DNA of 64,000 bases from Candidatus Margulisiibacteriota bacterium (GCA_018823125.1 JAHJIW010000010.1:26954-90953), one strand, 5' to 3'; positions 10,145 to 22,645 are shown, counted from the first letter of the stretch. Translations and numbers: made by a program. Notes: generated by a model not told the origin, from the sequence alone.

Positions 10145-10959
10145 TGCAGGAAGGCACCTTTAACCCAGAGGGTAACCATTTTAATGTAGTGCGTACCCGG
10201 GAAGAAAAAGAGTTGAGAAAGAATTAAAGTTCCCACTACCCTGCCTAAAATTATATAAAAGACCACGGTGCGTACATCGCTTTCTTTTCTTTTACCGTGA
10301 ACCGCTTGATCGGTAATATGCGCGGCGATCGGATCAACCATTAAAGTAAAAAGAATGGTGGCAATCCCGTTAACAATACCGGAAAGCTGAGTAGCCGTTA
10401 CCCGGTAAGTTGGGATTAAAGCTCCGGCCATCAGAGAACAAAGCACGCCAATCGCATAAATCGAAACCATAAAAAGGTTTAACCACAAAAAGAGGGTTGG
10501 AATGCCTTTTAATGATATTCCCTTTAAAGAATTTACAGTTGGTAATCGAAAAAGCTTAAAAACTTTAATTAAATTGGGTGGGTAAAAACCGTAAAGAATT
10601 AACCTCGGCACGGAACCAAGCTGTTCAAATTTATTGATCGCCCTGGTAAAAACCGCAACTGCAAAGGGGGTTAAAATTGCGCCAATGGAGTTTCCAATAA
10701 ATGCGGCAAAAATAATGATCCTGAAATTACCCCACAACATCGAAACGGTGTTTTGAAGAATCGCAGTATCTACCATTCCTCCCAAAAGCGGAGCTTGCAG
10801 CATATTCGACATTCGGGAAATTAAAAGTGAAGCATTTACAAAAGAAAGCGATAATGCCAGCCTTTTAGTGCGCACACCAGTCAAGCGCATCGAAGACGAA
10901 AGCGTTTCGGTAAAATGGATTAATCCGGTAAAGACACAGACGACTATTAATGGGTTCAT
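10141..10959 (-). CDS. amj: DUF2837 / Amj-family membrane protein (putative alternate lipid II flippase)
   Basis: 272 aa polytopic membrane protein. N-terminal motif IHFTETLSSSMRLTGVRTKRLALSLSFVN resembles B. subtilis Amj (YdaH). Recalled from memory, not searched. Confidence 0.5.
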   Translation of the reverse strand: MNPLIVVCVFTGLIHFTETLSSSMRLTGVRTKRLALSLSFVNASLLISRMSNMLQAPLLGGMVDTAILQNTVSMLWGNFRIIIFAAFIGNSIGAILTPFAVAVFTRAINKFEQLGSVPRLILYGFYPPNLIKVFKLFRLPTVNSLKGISLKGIPTLFLWLNLFMVSIYAIGVLCSLMAGALIPTYRVTATQLSGIVNGIATILFTLMVDPIAAHITDQAVHGKRKESDVRTVVFYIILGRVVGTLILSQLFFFPGTHYIKMVTLWVKGAFLQ

Positions 10960-10980
10960 AAGTGGTTATTATATAATAGA

Positions 10981-11628
10981 TTAGGGACGGCGGGAAGCGC
11001 GCTCACCCTTCAGTCTCAGCCGGCAACTATCACAAACTTCACAGGGTTTCTTGCCGCCCTTATAGCAGGACCAGGTTATATTGAGGGGAGCTTTTAGTTT
11101 TGTTCCTAAGCGGATGATTTGCGCTTTGGTTTTATGGATCAAAGGGGTTAAAATCCTAATCTTTTTCTTTTTAGTGCCTTCCTGGATCACTTTTTGGAAA
11201 GCTTGATAAAACCTGGGGCGACAATCGGGATAACCGCTAAAATCAATCGCATTGGCCCCGATAAAAATAGTCTCCGCACCTATCGCTTCGGCATACGAAA
11301 GCGCAAAGCTTAAAAATATAGTATTGCGTGCCGGAACGTAAGTTGACGGAATACTTTTTGCAATTTCACTCAGTGATCTTAAGGTTGGGACTTTTTTCTT
11401 TTTATCCAGTAAAGAGCTGCCTTTCCAAGGGAGAGAAATTTTCATTAATTGGAAAGAAACTTTTGCGCGCTTTGCTACCGCTTTTGCGGCACGCAACTCT
11501 CTTTTATGCCTTTGCCCATAATCAAATACTAATGCGAAGCACTGATAGCCTTTATCCTTGGCATAATATAATGTAGTGGTTGAATCTAAGCCTCCGGAAA
11601 GTAAAACAATTGCTTTTTTCTTTTTCAT
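10981..11628 (-). CDS. queC: 7-cyano-7-deazaguanine synthase
   Basis: 215 aa. PP-loop AIVLLSGGLDSTT. C-terminal Zn-binding cysteines CEVCDSCRLR. Confidence 0.9.
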   Translation of the reverse strand: MKKKKAIVLLSGGLDSTTTLYYAKDKGYQCFALVFDYGQRHKRELRAAKAVAKRAKVSFQLMKISLPWKGSSLLDKKKKVPTLRSLSEIAKSIPSTYVPARNTIFLSFALSYAEAIGAETIFIGANAIDFSGYPDCRPRFYQAFQKVIQEGTKKKKIRILTPLIHKTKAQIIRLGTKLKAPLNITWSCYKGGKKPCEVCDSCRLRLKGERASRRP

Positions 11629-11645
11629 GATGCTAATATTATAGC

Positions 11646-12161
11646 ATGAGCGACAAAATCCGATTAATGAAAGGCGATATCACCACGGTAGCAGTTGATG
11701 CCATCGTCAATGCCGCCAATTCTTCATTGATGGGCGGCGGCGGTGTTGACGGAGCAATCCATCGTGCCGGTGGCCCTAAAATCCTTGAAGAATGTAAAGA
11801 ATACGTTAAGAAATCCGGACGTCTGCCAACTGGTAAAGCCATGATCACCAGTGGCGGAAATTTACCTGCAAAATATGTAATTCACACTGTCGGACCAGTA
11901 TGGAGCAGCGGCAATCGTGGAGAACCTGAAAAACTAAAAAGTGCATACTACGAAAGTTTAAAATTAGCCGCTTCCAAAGGACTAAAAACGGTGGCCTTCC
12001 CCTCAATTTCAACCGGTGTTTATCGTTTCCCGCTGGATAAAGCAGCACCAATCGCACTCGGGACAATTAAAGAATTTCTAAAAACAAATAAAACCATTGA
12101 AGAAGTAATCATGGTTTTATTTAACGAGGAAACTTATCGGGCTTATCAAGCGGCTATTTAA
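11646..12161 (+). CDS. macro domain protein (O-acetyl-ADP-ribose deacetylase, YmdB/MacroD-like)
   Basis: 171 aa. Motif VAVDAIVNAANSSLMGGGGVDGAIHRAGG. 3' end overlaps the convergent purA by 8 nt. Confidence 0.85.
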   Translation: MSDKIRLMKGDITTVAVDAIVNAANSSLMGGGGVDGAIHRAGGPKILEECKEYVKKSGRLPTGKAMITSGGNLPAKYVIHTVGPVWSSGNRGEPEKLKSAYYESLKLAASKGLKTVAFPSISTGVYRFPLDKAAPIALGTIKEFLKTNKTIEEVIMVLFNEETYRAYQAAI

Positions 12162-13431
12162 CGATGATCGCCCCGCGCTCCGCCCCGGTAGAAATTAAAC
12201 TAATCGGCACTCCGGCAATTTCGGAAATACGGGTTAGATACGTTTTAGCGTTTTGAGGAAGATCTTTGTATTCCTTACATTTTGAAGTATCTTCGGTCCA
12301 GCCGGCAAATTCCTCGTAGATTGGCTGACAGAGATTAAGTTTTTCGAGATCGGTCGGGAAATAATCAATTTTTTTACCTTTTAACTCATAACCAACACAG
12401 AGTTGCAATTTTTCTAATCCGTCTAATACGTCCAGTTTAGTGATAGCCAATTTAGTTAATCCGTTTACGCGTGATGCATGCGCCATCACTACCCCATCAA
12501 ACCACCCACAACGACGTGGACGTCCGGTTGTTGCTCCGTATTCGCCTCCCTTTTCTCGCAACTCATCGCCCAGCTTACCTTTCATTTCAGTGGGGAAAGG
12601 CCCGCCCCCAACTCTGGTTACATAAGCTTTAACTACACCAATAACCTCATCAATATCTTTCGGCCCTACTCCCGCCCCGCTACAGGCCCCACCCGAAATT
12701 GGGTTAGATGAAGTTACGTATGGATAAGTTCCATGATCAACGTCCAGCATAGTTCCCTGTGCCCCTTCTAAAAGGACATTTTTTCTGGCTTTTATCGCAT
12801 CATTGATTAAAACTGAAGATTCAATCGCCACAAACTTTTTAATGGCATGCGCATAACCCATATATTCATCATAAATACTATTAAAATCAAACTTGACGTC
12901 CATTTTATAGAAATTTTTGATGAGGAATGATTTTTCTTCGATATTCCAGGCTAGTTTTTGTTTGAAAATTTCATCGTTATATAAATCGCAGATTCTGATT
13001 CCGCGGCGGTTAAATTTATCGACGTAGCAGGGACCAATTCCACGGCAGGTAGTTCCAATGCGTCCGGCTTCGGCCTTTTTTTCCTGGGCCTGATCTAATT
13101 TACGGTGATACGGGAAAATTACGTGGGCCTGACTACTGATCCTTAAATTATCAACGTTATGGCCGCTGCTTTTTAGGGTTTCGATTTCACCAATTAATAC
13201 CGCCGGATCAATGACCACTCCATTCCCAATGACGCAAGCAACATTCTTAAAGAAAACTCCGGAAGGAATTAAGTGTAGTTTATAAGTATTGTCTCCGATG
13301 ACTACCGTATGTCCGGCATTATTTCCGCCCTGATAACGGACCACCATGTCCATATCTTTAGCTAAATAATCGGTAATTTTACCTTTTCCCTCATCTCCCC
13401 ACTGCGTTCCAACAATCACGGTTACAGGCAT
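12154..13431 (-). CDS. purA: adenylosuccinate synthetase
   Basis: 425 aa. N-terminal GTQWGDEGKGKI P-loop. AAGGAG RBS. Confidence 0.95.
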   Translation of the reverse strand: MPVTVIVGTQWGDEGKGKITDYLAKDMDMVVRYQGGNNAGHTVVIGDNTYKLHLIPSGVFFKNVACVIGNGVVIDPAVLIGEIETLKSSGHNVDNLRISSQAHVIFPYHRKLDQAQEKKAEAGRIGTTCRGIGPCYVDKFNRRGIRICDLYNDEIFKQKLAWNIEEKSFLIKNFYKMDVKFDFNSIYDEYMGYAHAIKKFVAIESSVLINDAIKARKNVLLEGAQGTMLDVDHGTYPYVTSSNPISGGACSGAGVGPKDIDEVIGVVKAYVTRVGGGPFPTEMKGKLGDELREKGGEYGATTGRPRRCGWFDGVVMAHASRVNGLTKLAITKLDVLDGLEKLQLCVGYELKGKKIDYFPTDLEKLNLCQPIYEEFAGWTEDTSKCKEYKDLPQNAKTYLTRISEIAGVPISLISTGAERGAIIVK

Positions 13432-13494
13432 GCTTATTCTCCTTTAAAAAAGACAGAGTAGTTTACCAAAGATCAAACTGCTTTGCAATTAATA

Positions 13495-14043
13495 TTAAAA
13501 GTAAGGTTTAAAAGTAGTTAGTACTTTATAATATTGTGCAAGAAAGTCCGGGTCGTTTTTAGGCATCTCTACATAAAAACGGAAAATGCGGTCACCAACG
13601 GTATAATACACACTGTAGTTAACGTTATCTTTGGTTTCGGAGAAAACCCGGACGTCATCTTCGTAAATTTTAGCCACTTTAGGGGTTTCTTTAATGATTC
13701 CGTCTTTGAGCCCGGTTTCCAGAATTTTTTCAGCCTCAAACCGGGTTTTAGCTTCAACGATAAACACTTTATCCTCATTATTTTCTTCCGGATAAAAGAA
13801 AACCGGGTTGCGGCGATGTTTGCGGATGCCGTAACTTATCTTCCAGGTTTCAGGAATAAAAATGGAATAGCTTTTATTGAAATTTTTATACTCCACCCAG
13901 CCCGGATCATTGATGATTACGCGTTTACGCAAAGCCGAGCGGTGAATTTTAGGTCCTCTAACCAGATTAAACTCCCAGAGGCCGATCACCACCGCTAATA
14001 TCAATAAAATTAGAAAGTATAGAATCAGTCGATTTTTTCGCAT
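13495..14043 (-). CDS. hypothetical membrane-anchored protein
   Basis: 182 aa. One N-terminal TM helix, then a soluble domain of unknown function. Tightly packed between purA and eno. Confidence 0.5.
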   Translation of the reverse strand: MRKNRLILYFLILLILAVVIGLWEFNLVRGPKIHRSALRKRVIINDPGWVEYKNFNKSYSIFIPETWKISYGIRKHRRNPVFFYPEENNEDKVFIVEAKTRFEAEKILETGLKDGIIKETPKVAKIYEDDVRVFSETKDNVNYSVYYTVGDRIFRFYVEMPKNDPDFLAQYYKVLTTFKPYF

Positions 14044-14052
14044 GCTGTAACG

Positions 14053-17197
<3,145 letters not shown>

Positions 17198-17413
17198 ACA
17201 GGGGGTATTATAACACTAGCCGGCAGGATTTTGAAATTTACTTTTTCGGTCAACGGGTGTCATTTTTCACAACAGCTGCCTAAAAACACTGCAATTTCGC
17301 AGCCTCTTAAGTTCGATTAGCCTTGGCATAAAAGTTGCTACTAATAAAGCAAATCACAGTGTAAGTGTCGAAAAATACTATATTGACACCCATTAAGAAA
17401 GGAGTAAGATACG

Positions 17414-17596
17414 ATGGCACAAGAAGAACGACACACACAAATTATGTTAGAGGATATCAAGCACAAATTAAAAATTATTGCAGAAGGACACGAAATGCTG
17501 GCACAGAAAATTGATATAATCAGCGATAAAGTGGAAAGCCTTGACAATCGCATGGACTTCGCCGGATTGCCAAAACAATCATTAAAAAGCATTTAA
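17414..17596 (+). CDS. small hypothetical helical/coiled-coil protein (60 aa)
   Basis: AGGAG RBS 9 nt upstream of the ATG. TTGACA hexamer upstream. It lies in an island of opposite strand inside a long minus-strand gene array. Confidence 0.45.
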   Translation: MAQEERHTQIMLEDIKHKLKIIAEGHEMLAQKIDIISDKVESLDNRMDFAGLPKQSLKSI

Positions 17597-17611
17597 TTGA
17601 GGTAATTAAAC

Positions 17612-17770
17612 ATGAATAAAGTAGTCATAGAAATTTCTAAAGAGACCATGGATCATATTAATGAATCATTGCTTGATATACTAGAAAGCCTAAAAAAAAT
17701 GAACGAAGTTAATCAAAAATATTTTAAAAAATGGAATATCCAGAAAAAACTAACTAAAGCGCAGCCTTAG
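17612..17770 (+). CDS. small hypothetical helical protein (52 aa, MNKVVIEISKETMDHINESLLDILESLKKMNEVNQKYFKKWNIQKKLTKAQP)
   Basis: Not in the supplied ORF track because it is under 60 aa. Read directly from the sequence. GAGGT RBS. Starts 15 nt after the previous small ORF. 3' end overlaps the convergent hisS stop. Confidence 0.35.
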   Translation: MNKVVIEISKETMDHINESLLDILESLKKMNEVNQKYFKKWNIQKKLTKAQP

Positions 17771-18980
17771 TTTGATCTCCGGATTTCATATCCTTTACTG
17801 TAACCGCTTTCTGCCTCAGTTCCTCTTCCCCAATAATCACCGCAAATTTGGCGCCGGATTTATCGGCGGCTTTCATTTGAGCCTTAAAGCTTTTATTTTG
17901 GAAGTCCATTTCAGCCGTTTTGCCTTCGGCGCGGAATTTAGTCAGCAAACCAAAGGCAACTTCTCGGGCCTCCGCATTCATACAAACTATAAAATATTCT
18001 AAAGCGGGTTTAAGGTCTTGGCCCGCTACCTGATCCTTAATCAATTCCACAATTCTTTCCATTCCAACCGCAAATCCGATCGCCGGAATACCTGGCCCAC
18101 CTAAATCTTTAACCAGATTATCGTAGCGCCCTCCCCCACAGACCGCATTCTGCGCCCCCAATTTTTTGGAAACTACTTCAAAAACGGTACGGGTATAGTA
18201 ATCAAGCCCGCGTACTAGCCGCACCTTACTATTATAAGTAATGCCCCGAGCCTTAAGATATTTACAAACTTGCTCAAAATGCACTTTACATTCAGGACAT
18301 AAAGTTTCAGTTGCCGAAGGAACTTTAGTAATAAATTTTTGACAGCCCTTATTTTTACAATCCAAAACCCTAAGCGGGTTCATCTTCAATCGTTCTTTAC
18401 AATCTTCACAAAGTTCTTTTGCCTGTTTATTTAAAGTTTGCTTTAAGGCTTCAATATATTTAGGCTGACATTGCTTACAGCCAACCGAGTTTAGATCCAC
18501 TTCTAATCCTTCCAGCCCCAATGCGTTGAAAAGCTCCACTGCAACCGTAATCACTTCAACATCAACTTTAGGATCTAAAGAACCAAAAAATTCTAATCCG
18601 GCCTGATTAAATTGACGCTGGCGCCCGGCCTGAGGACGCTCGTAACGAAACATGGGTCCTAAATAATATAACTTTGCAATACTATCCGGAGAAATAAGAT
18701 TGTTTTGCAGCCCCGCCCTAACCACCGGCGCAGTTTCTTCGGGGCGCAGCGTTAAACTGCGGCCTTTTTTATCTAAAAAAGTGTACATTTCTTTGGTAAC
18801 AATGTCGGTGGTCGTACCAATACTGCGGGCAAAAAGCTCAGTCTGTTCAAAAACCGGGGTGCGAATCTCGGCAAAGCCATACTTTTCAAAGATTTTCCGG
18901 CAGACGTCCTCAATTTTTTGCCAGATTTTCACTTCTCCAGGAAGGATATCCTTAGTTCCACGAGGTAATTGATATTTCAT
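17754..18980 (-). CDS. hisS: histidyl-tRNA synthetase
   Basis: 408 aa. Class II aaRS HisRS motifs (RYERPQAGRQRQFNQAG, GGGRYD). C-terminal anticodon-binding domain. Confidence 0.95.
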   Translation of the reverse strand: MKYQLPRGTKDILPGEVKIWQKIEDVCRKIFEKYGFAEIRTPVFEQTELFARSIGTTTDIVTKEMYTFLDKKGRSLTLRPEETAPVVRAGLQNNLISPDSIAKLYYLGPMFRYERPQAGRQRQFNQAGLEFFGSLDPKVDVEVITVAVELFNALGLEGLEVDLNSVGCKQCQPKYIEALKQTLNKQAKELCEDCKERLKMNPLRVLDCKNKGCQKFITKVPSATETLCPECKVHFEQVCKYLKARGITYNSKVRLVRGLDYYTRTVFEVVSKKLGAQNAVCGGGRYDNLVKDLGGPGIPAIGFAVGMERIVELIKDQVAGQDLKPALEYFIVCMNAEAREVAFGLLTKFRAEGKTAEMDFQNKSFKAQMKAADKSGAKFAVIIGEEELRQKAVTVKDMKSGDQTKAAL

Positions 18981-19025
18981 ATGGCGGATTATAACACAGT
19001 TACATATATGTTAAAATAACTTCAT

Positions 19026-19616
19026 ATGGGACGCTTCAGGCACCTAGCCAACCCTTTTCAAAACGCACCGGAAGTCAAAGAACAGGACTTCAAAGCTATC
19101 TTTGGCAATGATCATCCGCTGGTTTTAGAAATCGGCATCGGATTTGGACGTTTCTTTATTGCCATGGCACAAAAGTTTCCAAATAATAATTTCATTGGCA
19201 TAGAAATCCGCAATCCTTTTGTAAAAATTATCAACGAAAAAATCGAAAAATTGGGATTGAAAAATGCCCTGGCCATTCACGCCAACGCAAACTTCAGCTT
19301 GACTAAAATTATCAATAAAAAATCAATTGCCGAAGTATATATTTTATTCCCCGATCCCTGGATTAAACGCAAGCACTTAAAAAGACGATTAGTGCATCTT
19401 CCATTTATTAAAGATCTATATAAAGTTTGCCGTCGCGGCACTAAGGTTCACATTAAAACCGATGAGGACTTCATGCATGCGGATATCAGCGCTAAATTTA
19501 AATCTGCAAAACTATTCAAAAAGATAAGGAACCCTAAACTACCCTTCATTACCACCCGCGAAAAGAAATATTTAGGTAAAGGCAAGAAGATCTGGCAGTT
19601 AACGTATCAGAAGTAA
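19026..19616 (+). CDS. trmB: tRNA (guanine46-N7)-methyltransferase
   Basis: 196 aa. SAM-binding motif LEIGIGFGRFFIAMAQKFPNNNFIGIEIR. Confidence 0.85.
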   Translation: MGRFRHLANPFQNAPEVKEQDFKAIFGNDHPLVLEIGIGFGRFFIAMAQKFPNNNFIGIEIRNPFVKIINEKIEKLGLKNALAIHANANFSLTKIINKKSIAEVYILFPDPWIKRKHLKRRLVHLPFIKDLYKVCRRGTKVHIKTDEDFMHADISAKFKSAKLFKKIRNPKLPFITTREKKYLGKGKKIWQLTYQK

Positions 19617-19620
19617 AAAG

Positions 19621-20133
19621 TTACACCAGGTCAATTAAATGATCCCTAAAGAACCATTTAAAAACCGCAATCCCGAAAGCAACAAAGATTACAAAAAATA
19701 TGGTATTAAGAGAAAAAGGCGTAATGGTTAACGCCAGAGCAGTTCCGGCAGCCGGCGCATGTTCGTAATCTAAAAAGATCATTAAAAACATGGCAAAAGT
19801 GATCGAAAGCGCAGCAATCAAAACGTGCGCAACATTATCAAATAGAGGAACACTAACTACCGTCCAGTTTATACGGTAAAGAAATGACATGCTAACCCCT
19901 ACCAATATCCCAATTAAATGTCCTCCGATAATATTACGGGATCTGGCCATCCAGCTTTTGGGCATGGCAAAGGCAGTAAAGGCAGTAGAGCCAAAAGCCG
20001 CTACAATTACCGCCTCATCGTAGAGGTTAAAGATCATCAGAATTATGAAAACTGCTACCGTGGCTAAAAAACATTGCCAGATATAATTTTTGAGGTGCTT
20101 TTTTACCTTACGCGCATATACTTTCCAAAACAT
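19621..20133 (-). CDS. HPP family membrane protein
   Basis: 170 aa, 4 TM helices. Motif SRNIIGGHLIGILVG and the degenerate HPP signature EHAPAAGTAL. Confidence 0.65.
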   Translation of the reverse strand: MFWKVYARKVKKHLKNYIWQCFLATVAVFIILMIFNLYDEAVIVAAFGSTAFTAFAMPKSWMARSRNIIGGHLIGILVGVSMSFLYRINWTVVSVPLFDNVAHVLIAALSITFAMFLMIFLDYEHAPAAGTALALTITPFSLNTIFFVIFVAFGIAVFKWFFRDHLIDLV

Positions 20134-20158
20134 AGTGACTATATGTTACAATAAATTC

Positions 20159-21298
20159 ATGAATTCTGCCAGAAAGATAATTGGGGTTTTATTTTTAATT
20201 ATTTTTTTGTTAAGCATGCTTGCAGTTGGAGCTTTCTGCATTGCGGAAGAAAATCCGGCCCCGCAAATCGAACCGCTCTTTGCCAAGGCTAAAGTCCTAA
20301 AGGTACATGCACTCGAAAGCTATGATGATTTCAGTCCGGTTAAACAAATTGTTACTCTAAAAATTTTAAATTCAAAATTCAAAGGTCAAACGATAACCGT
20401 AGAGCATATGCCCTCCACCATGGCTGGGATGGAAATAAACGTAAAAGAAGGCAATAAAGTCCTGCTCTGGATTGATGAACATCCTTCTGCCGCCGAAAGT
20501 CCCGACGGCAGCCCGCTTTTTGCAATTAGCGATTTTGCCAGAGATAATTATGCTTACTGGACAATATTAATATACGCCTTACTCTTAGTTATTCTCGGCA
20601 GACTAAAGGGCGTAAAAGCGCTCGCCAGTTTACTGATCACTCTTTTCCTCTTGTTTTTTGTGCTTTTTCCCTTAACCCTTAAAGGTTTTAATCCAATTCT
20701 AATCACCATTTTAATTGCGCTGGTCGTTTCGTTAGTAACCTTCCGCATTATCGGCGGAAAAACCAAAAAAATGATCAGCGCAACGCTGGGAACCTTTTCG
20801 GGTGTGCTTTTGGCCGGCATCATCGCTCTGCTATTCGGCAAACTAATGCATCTTTCCGGGATGTCTACCGAAGAGGCAAAAATATTGCTTTATTCTTTAA
20901 ATGTAAAAATCGATTTTCAAGGAATACTCTTTAGCGGAATCATTATCGGCGCTTTGGGCGCAATTATGGATGTCGGCATGTCCATTTCCTCCGCAATTAA
21001 CGAAGTACGTAAAGTTCACCCCGAAGCCAATTTTAAAAATCTTTTTGAATCCGGCATGCGGGTTGGCAGAGATATCATGGGAACCATGGCCAACACGCTG
21101 ATTTTAGCTTATACCGGCGGCGCCCTGCCCTTACTGCTTTTAATTATCGCCAGCCAAGCTTCAATTTCAAAAGTAATCAATCTGGAATTAATTTCATTAG
21201 AAATTTTAAGAGCCATGGCGGGAAGCATTGGATTAGTACTTTGTATTCCAATGACTGCGGCCATCGCCGCCTACCTTTACTCTCAAGAAAAAGCATGA
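20159..21298 (+). CDS. YibE/F family membrane protein
   Basis: Signal/TM anchor, periplasmic domain, then a polytopic C-terminal region typical of YibE/F. The ORF extends to 20090, but that would overlap the divergent HPP gene. The Met at 20159 is preferred. Confidence 0.6.
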   Translation: MNSARKIIGVLFLIIFLLSMLAVGAFCIAEENPAPQIEPLFAKAKVLKVHALESYDDFSPVKQIVTLKILNSKFKGQTITVEHMPSTMAGMEINVKEGNKVLLWIDEHPSAAESPDGSPLFAISDFARDNYAYWTILIYALLLVILGRLKGVKALASLLITLFLLFFVLFPLTLKGFNPILITILIALVVSLVTFRIIGGKTKKMISATLGTFSGVLLAGIIALLFGKLMHLSGMSTEEAKILLYSLNVKIDFQGILFSGIIIGALGAIMDVGMSISSAINEVRKVHPEANFKNLFESGMRVGRDIMGTMANTLILAYTGGALPLLLLIIASQASISKVINLELISLEILRAMAGSIGLVLCIPMTAAIAAYLYSQEKA

Positions 21299-22545
21299 AA
21301 AAAATTGCCTTAAATATATTTCATCATCATTTCCACCTGAAAGTATCAGATCGACAGCTAAAAATTTATCCCGCACGGCTGGCTTTATTCACCGTTACCA
21401 TTATGGCAATTCTTTTTTGTTTTACGGTCATCGTCCGAGGATGCATAATTGCCGGACAGCCACAATATGAAATCATCGAAGGCACCATCACTTCGGGCAA
21501 GCCTTTTTACATAAGTTTACAAGAAGGCGGCATCTCCCACGAATCGATTCTTGAATTAACTGAATCGCTAAAAGGCATCTTAGATTTCGGAAATCTGCGT
21601 TTAAACGAAACCTTTAAGATTTATCGCCGTAAAGACGGAGTTATCCACAAATTTATTTATATCAAAGGACCATTTGATCAATATTACTCGGTACGCGATA
21701 AAGGAGGGGAATTAAGCACCTTTAAACCCGCCATTTATCTCAAGAAAAAAGTCTACGCCAAAGAATTTACCCTAAAATCTTCGCTTTTTGAAACCATGCT
21801 CGCGGGCGGTGAAAAACCAGCCTTAATCATGGAATACGTTAATATTTTTTCCTGGGATATCGACTTTTTTACTTTCCCGCGTGCCGGAGATAAAATAAAA
21901 ATTATTTTTGAAAAATACGAGCAGGACGGAGAATTCGTGAAATACGGCAAAATTTTAGCTGCGCAATACATAACCTCCTCAAAAACATTTTCCGGAATCT
22001 ATTATGAACCCGAAAAAGGAAAATACGGCTACTACGATTTAGACGGAAAGCCGGTAGAAAAACAATTTTTAAAATCCCCGCTAAAATTTACCGGCAGAAT
22101 CACCTCGTATTTTTCTTACAGCCGTTTCCATCCGGTGGTAAAAAGAAACATGGCCCATTACGGGGTTGATTTTGCCTCCTATTACGGAGCCCCGATTGTA
22201 GCTGCCGCATCCGGCAAAGTTACCTTTACCGGATGGAAAGGCGCTTACGGATATGCCGTCATGATAAGACACGCTAACGGCTATAAAACTCTCTACGGCC
22301 ATTGCAGTAAAATGTTAACCTACGCCGGAGCATACGTAAATCAGGGACAAACCATTGCTCTGGTTGGCAGTACCGGTTGGTCAACCGGACCGCACGTGCA
22401 TTACGGTATGTACATAAATGATGTTCCCCTTAATCCATTAACCATCACTAATAAACCTAAAGGTAAACCGCTTCAAGGCCAAAAACTTGCTTATTATAAT
22501 GTTATTAAGAATAAATACTTAAAAGAACTCGAAGCTTTAAAATAG
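21295..22545 (+). CDS. M23 family metallopeptidase (LytM-like peptidoglycan endopeptidase), membrane-anchored
   Basis: M23 motifs HYGVDFA...GHCSKM...GSTGWSTGPHVHYG. ATGA overlap with the YibE/F stop. The in-frame ORF extends to 21241. Confidence 0.85.
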   Translation: MKKIALNIFHHHFHLKVSDRQLKIYPARLALFTVTIMAILFCFTVIVRGCIIAGQPQYEIIEGTITSGKPFYISLQEGGISHESILELTESLKGILDFGNLRLNETFKIYRRKDGVIHKFIYIKGPFDQYYSVRDKGGELSTFKPAIYLKKKVYAKEFTLKSSLFETMLAGGEKPALIMEYVNIFSWDIDFFTFPRAGDKIKIIFEKYEQDGEFVKYGKILAAQYITSSKTFSGIYYEPEKGKYGYYDLDGKPVEKQFLKSPLKFTGRITSYFSYSRFHPVVKRNMAHYGVDFASYYGAPIVAAASGKVTFTGWKGAYGYAVMIRHANGYKTLYGHCSKMLTYAGAYVNQGQTIALVGSTGWSTGPHVHYGMYINDVPLNPLTITNKPKGKPLQGQKLAYYNVIKNKYLKELEALK

Positions 22546-22559
22546 CTAATAAATTCCGC

Positions 22560-22587
22560 TTGCGTTTGCCTCCAATTTTTATATAAT
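22560..22587 (+). promoter_or_regulatory. putative sigma70-type promoter of nptA (TTGCGT, 16 nt spacer, TATAAT)
   Basis: Hexamers read directly from the sequence. AAGGAGA RBS and GTG start follow about 50 nt downstream. Confidence 0.35.
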
Positions 22588-22645
22588 GATATGCCCGGGA
22601 GCACTTAAATCACAACAACCCCACTAAATTAAGGAGAATCAGTAG

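Noticed and set aside
17198-17413. Possible T-box leader upstream of aspS (as in Firmicutes hisS-aspS operons)
   Set aside because: No T-box consensus (AATTAGGGTGGTACCGCG or its complement) was found in the region, and hisS has only a 45-nt upstream gap. A covariance-model scan would be needed to exclude it completely.
17341-17592. 83-aa minus-strand ORF overlapping the small plus-strand ORF at 17414-17596
   Set aside because: Cys/Ile/Ser-rich low-complexity translation with no RBS. The plus-strand ORF has a Shine-Dalgarno and promoter-like hexamer, so the minus-strand frame is judged spurious. This has low certainty for such small ORFs.
20090-20158. Upstream in-frame extension of the YibE/F ORF (start at 20090)
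   Set aside because: It would overlap the divergent HPP gene by 44 nt at both 5' ends, and the extension is not hydrophobic or signal-like. The Met at 20159 gives a normal signal/TM start.
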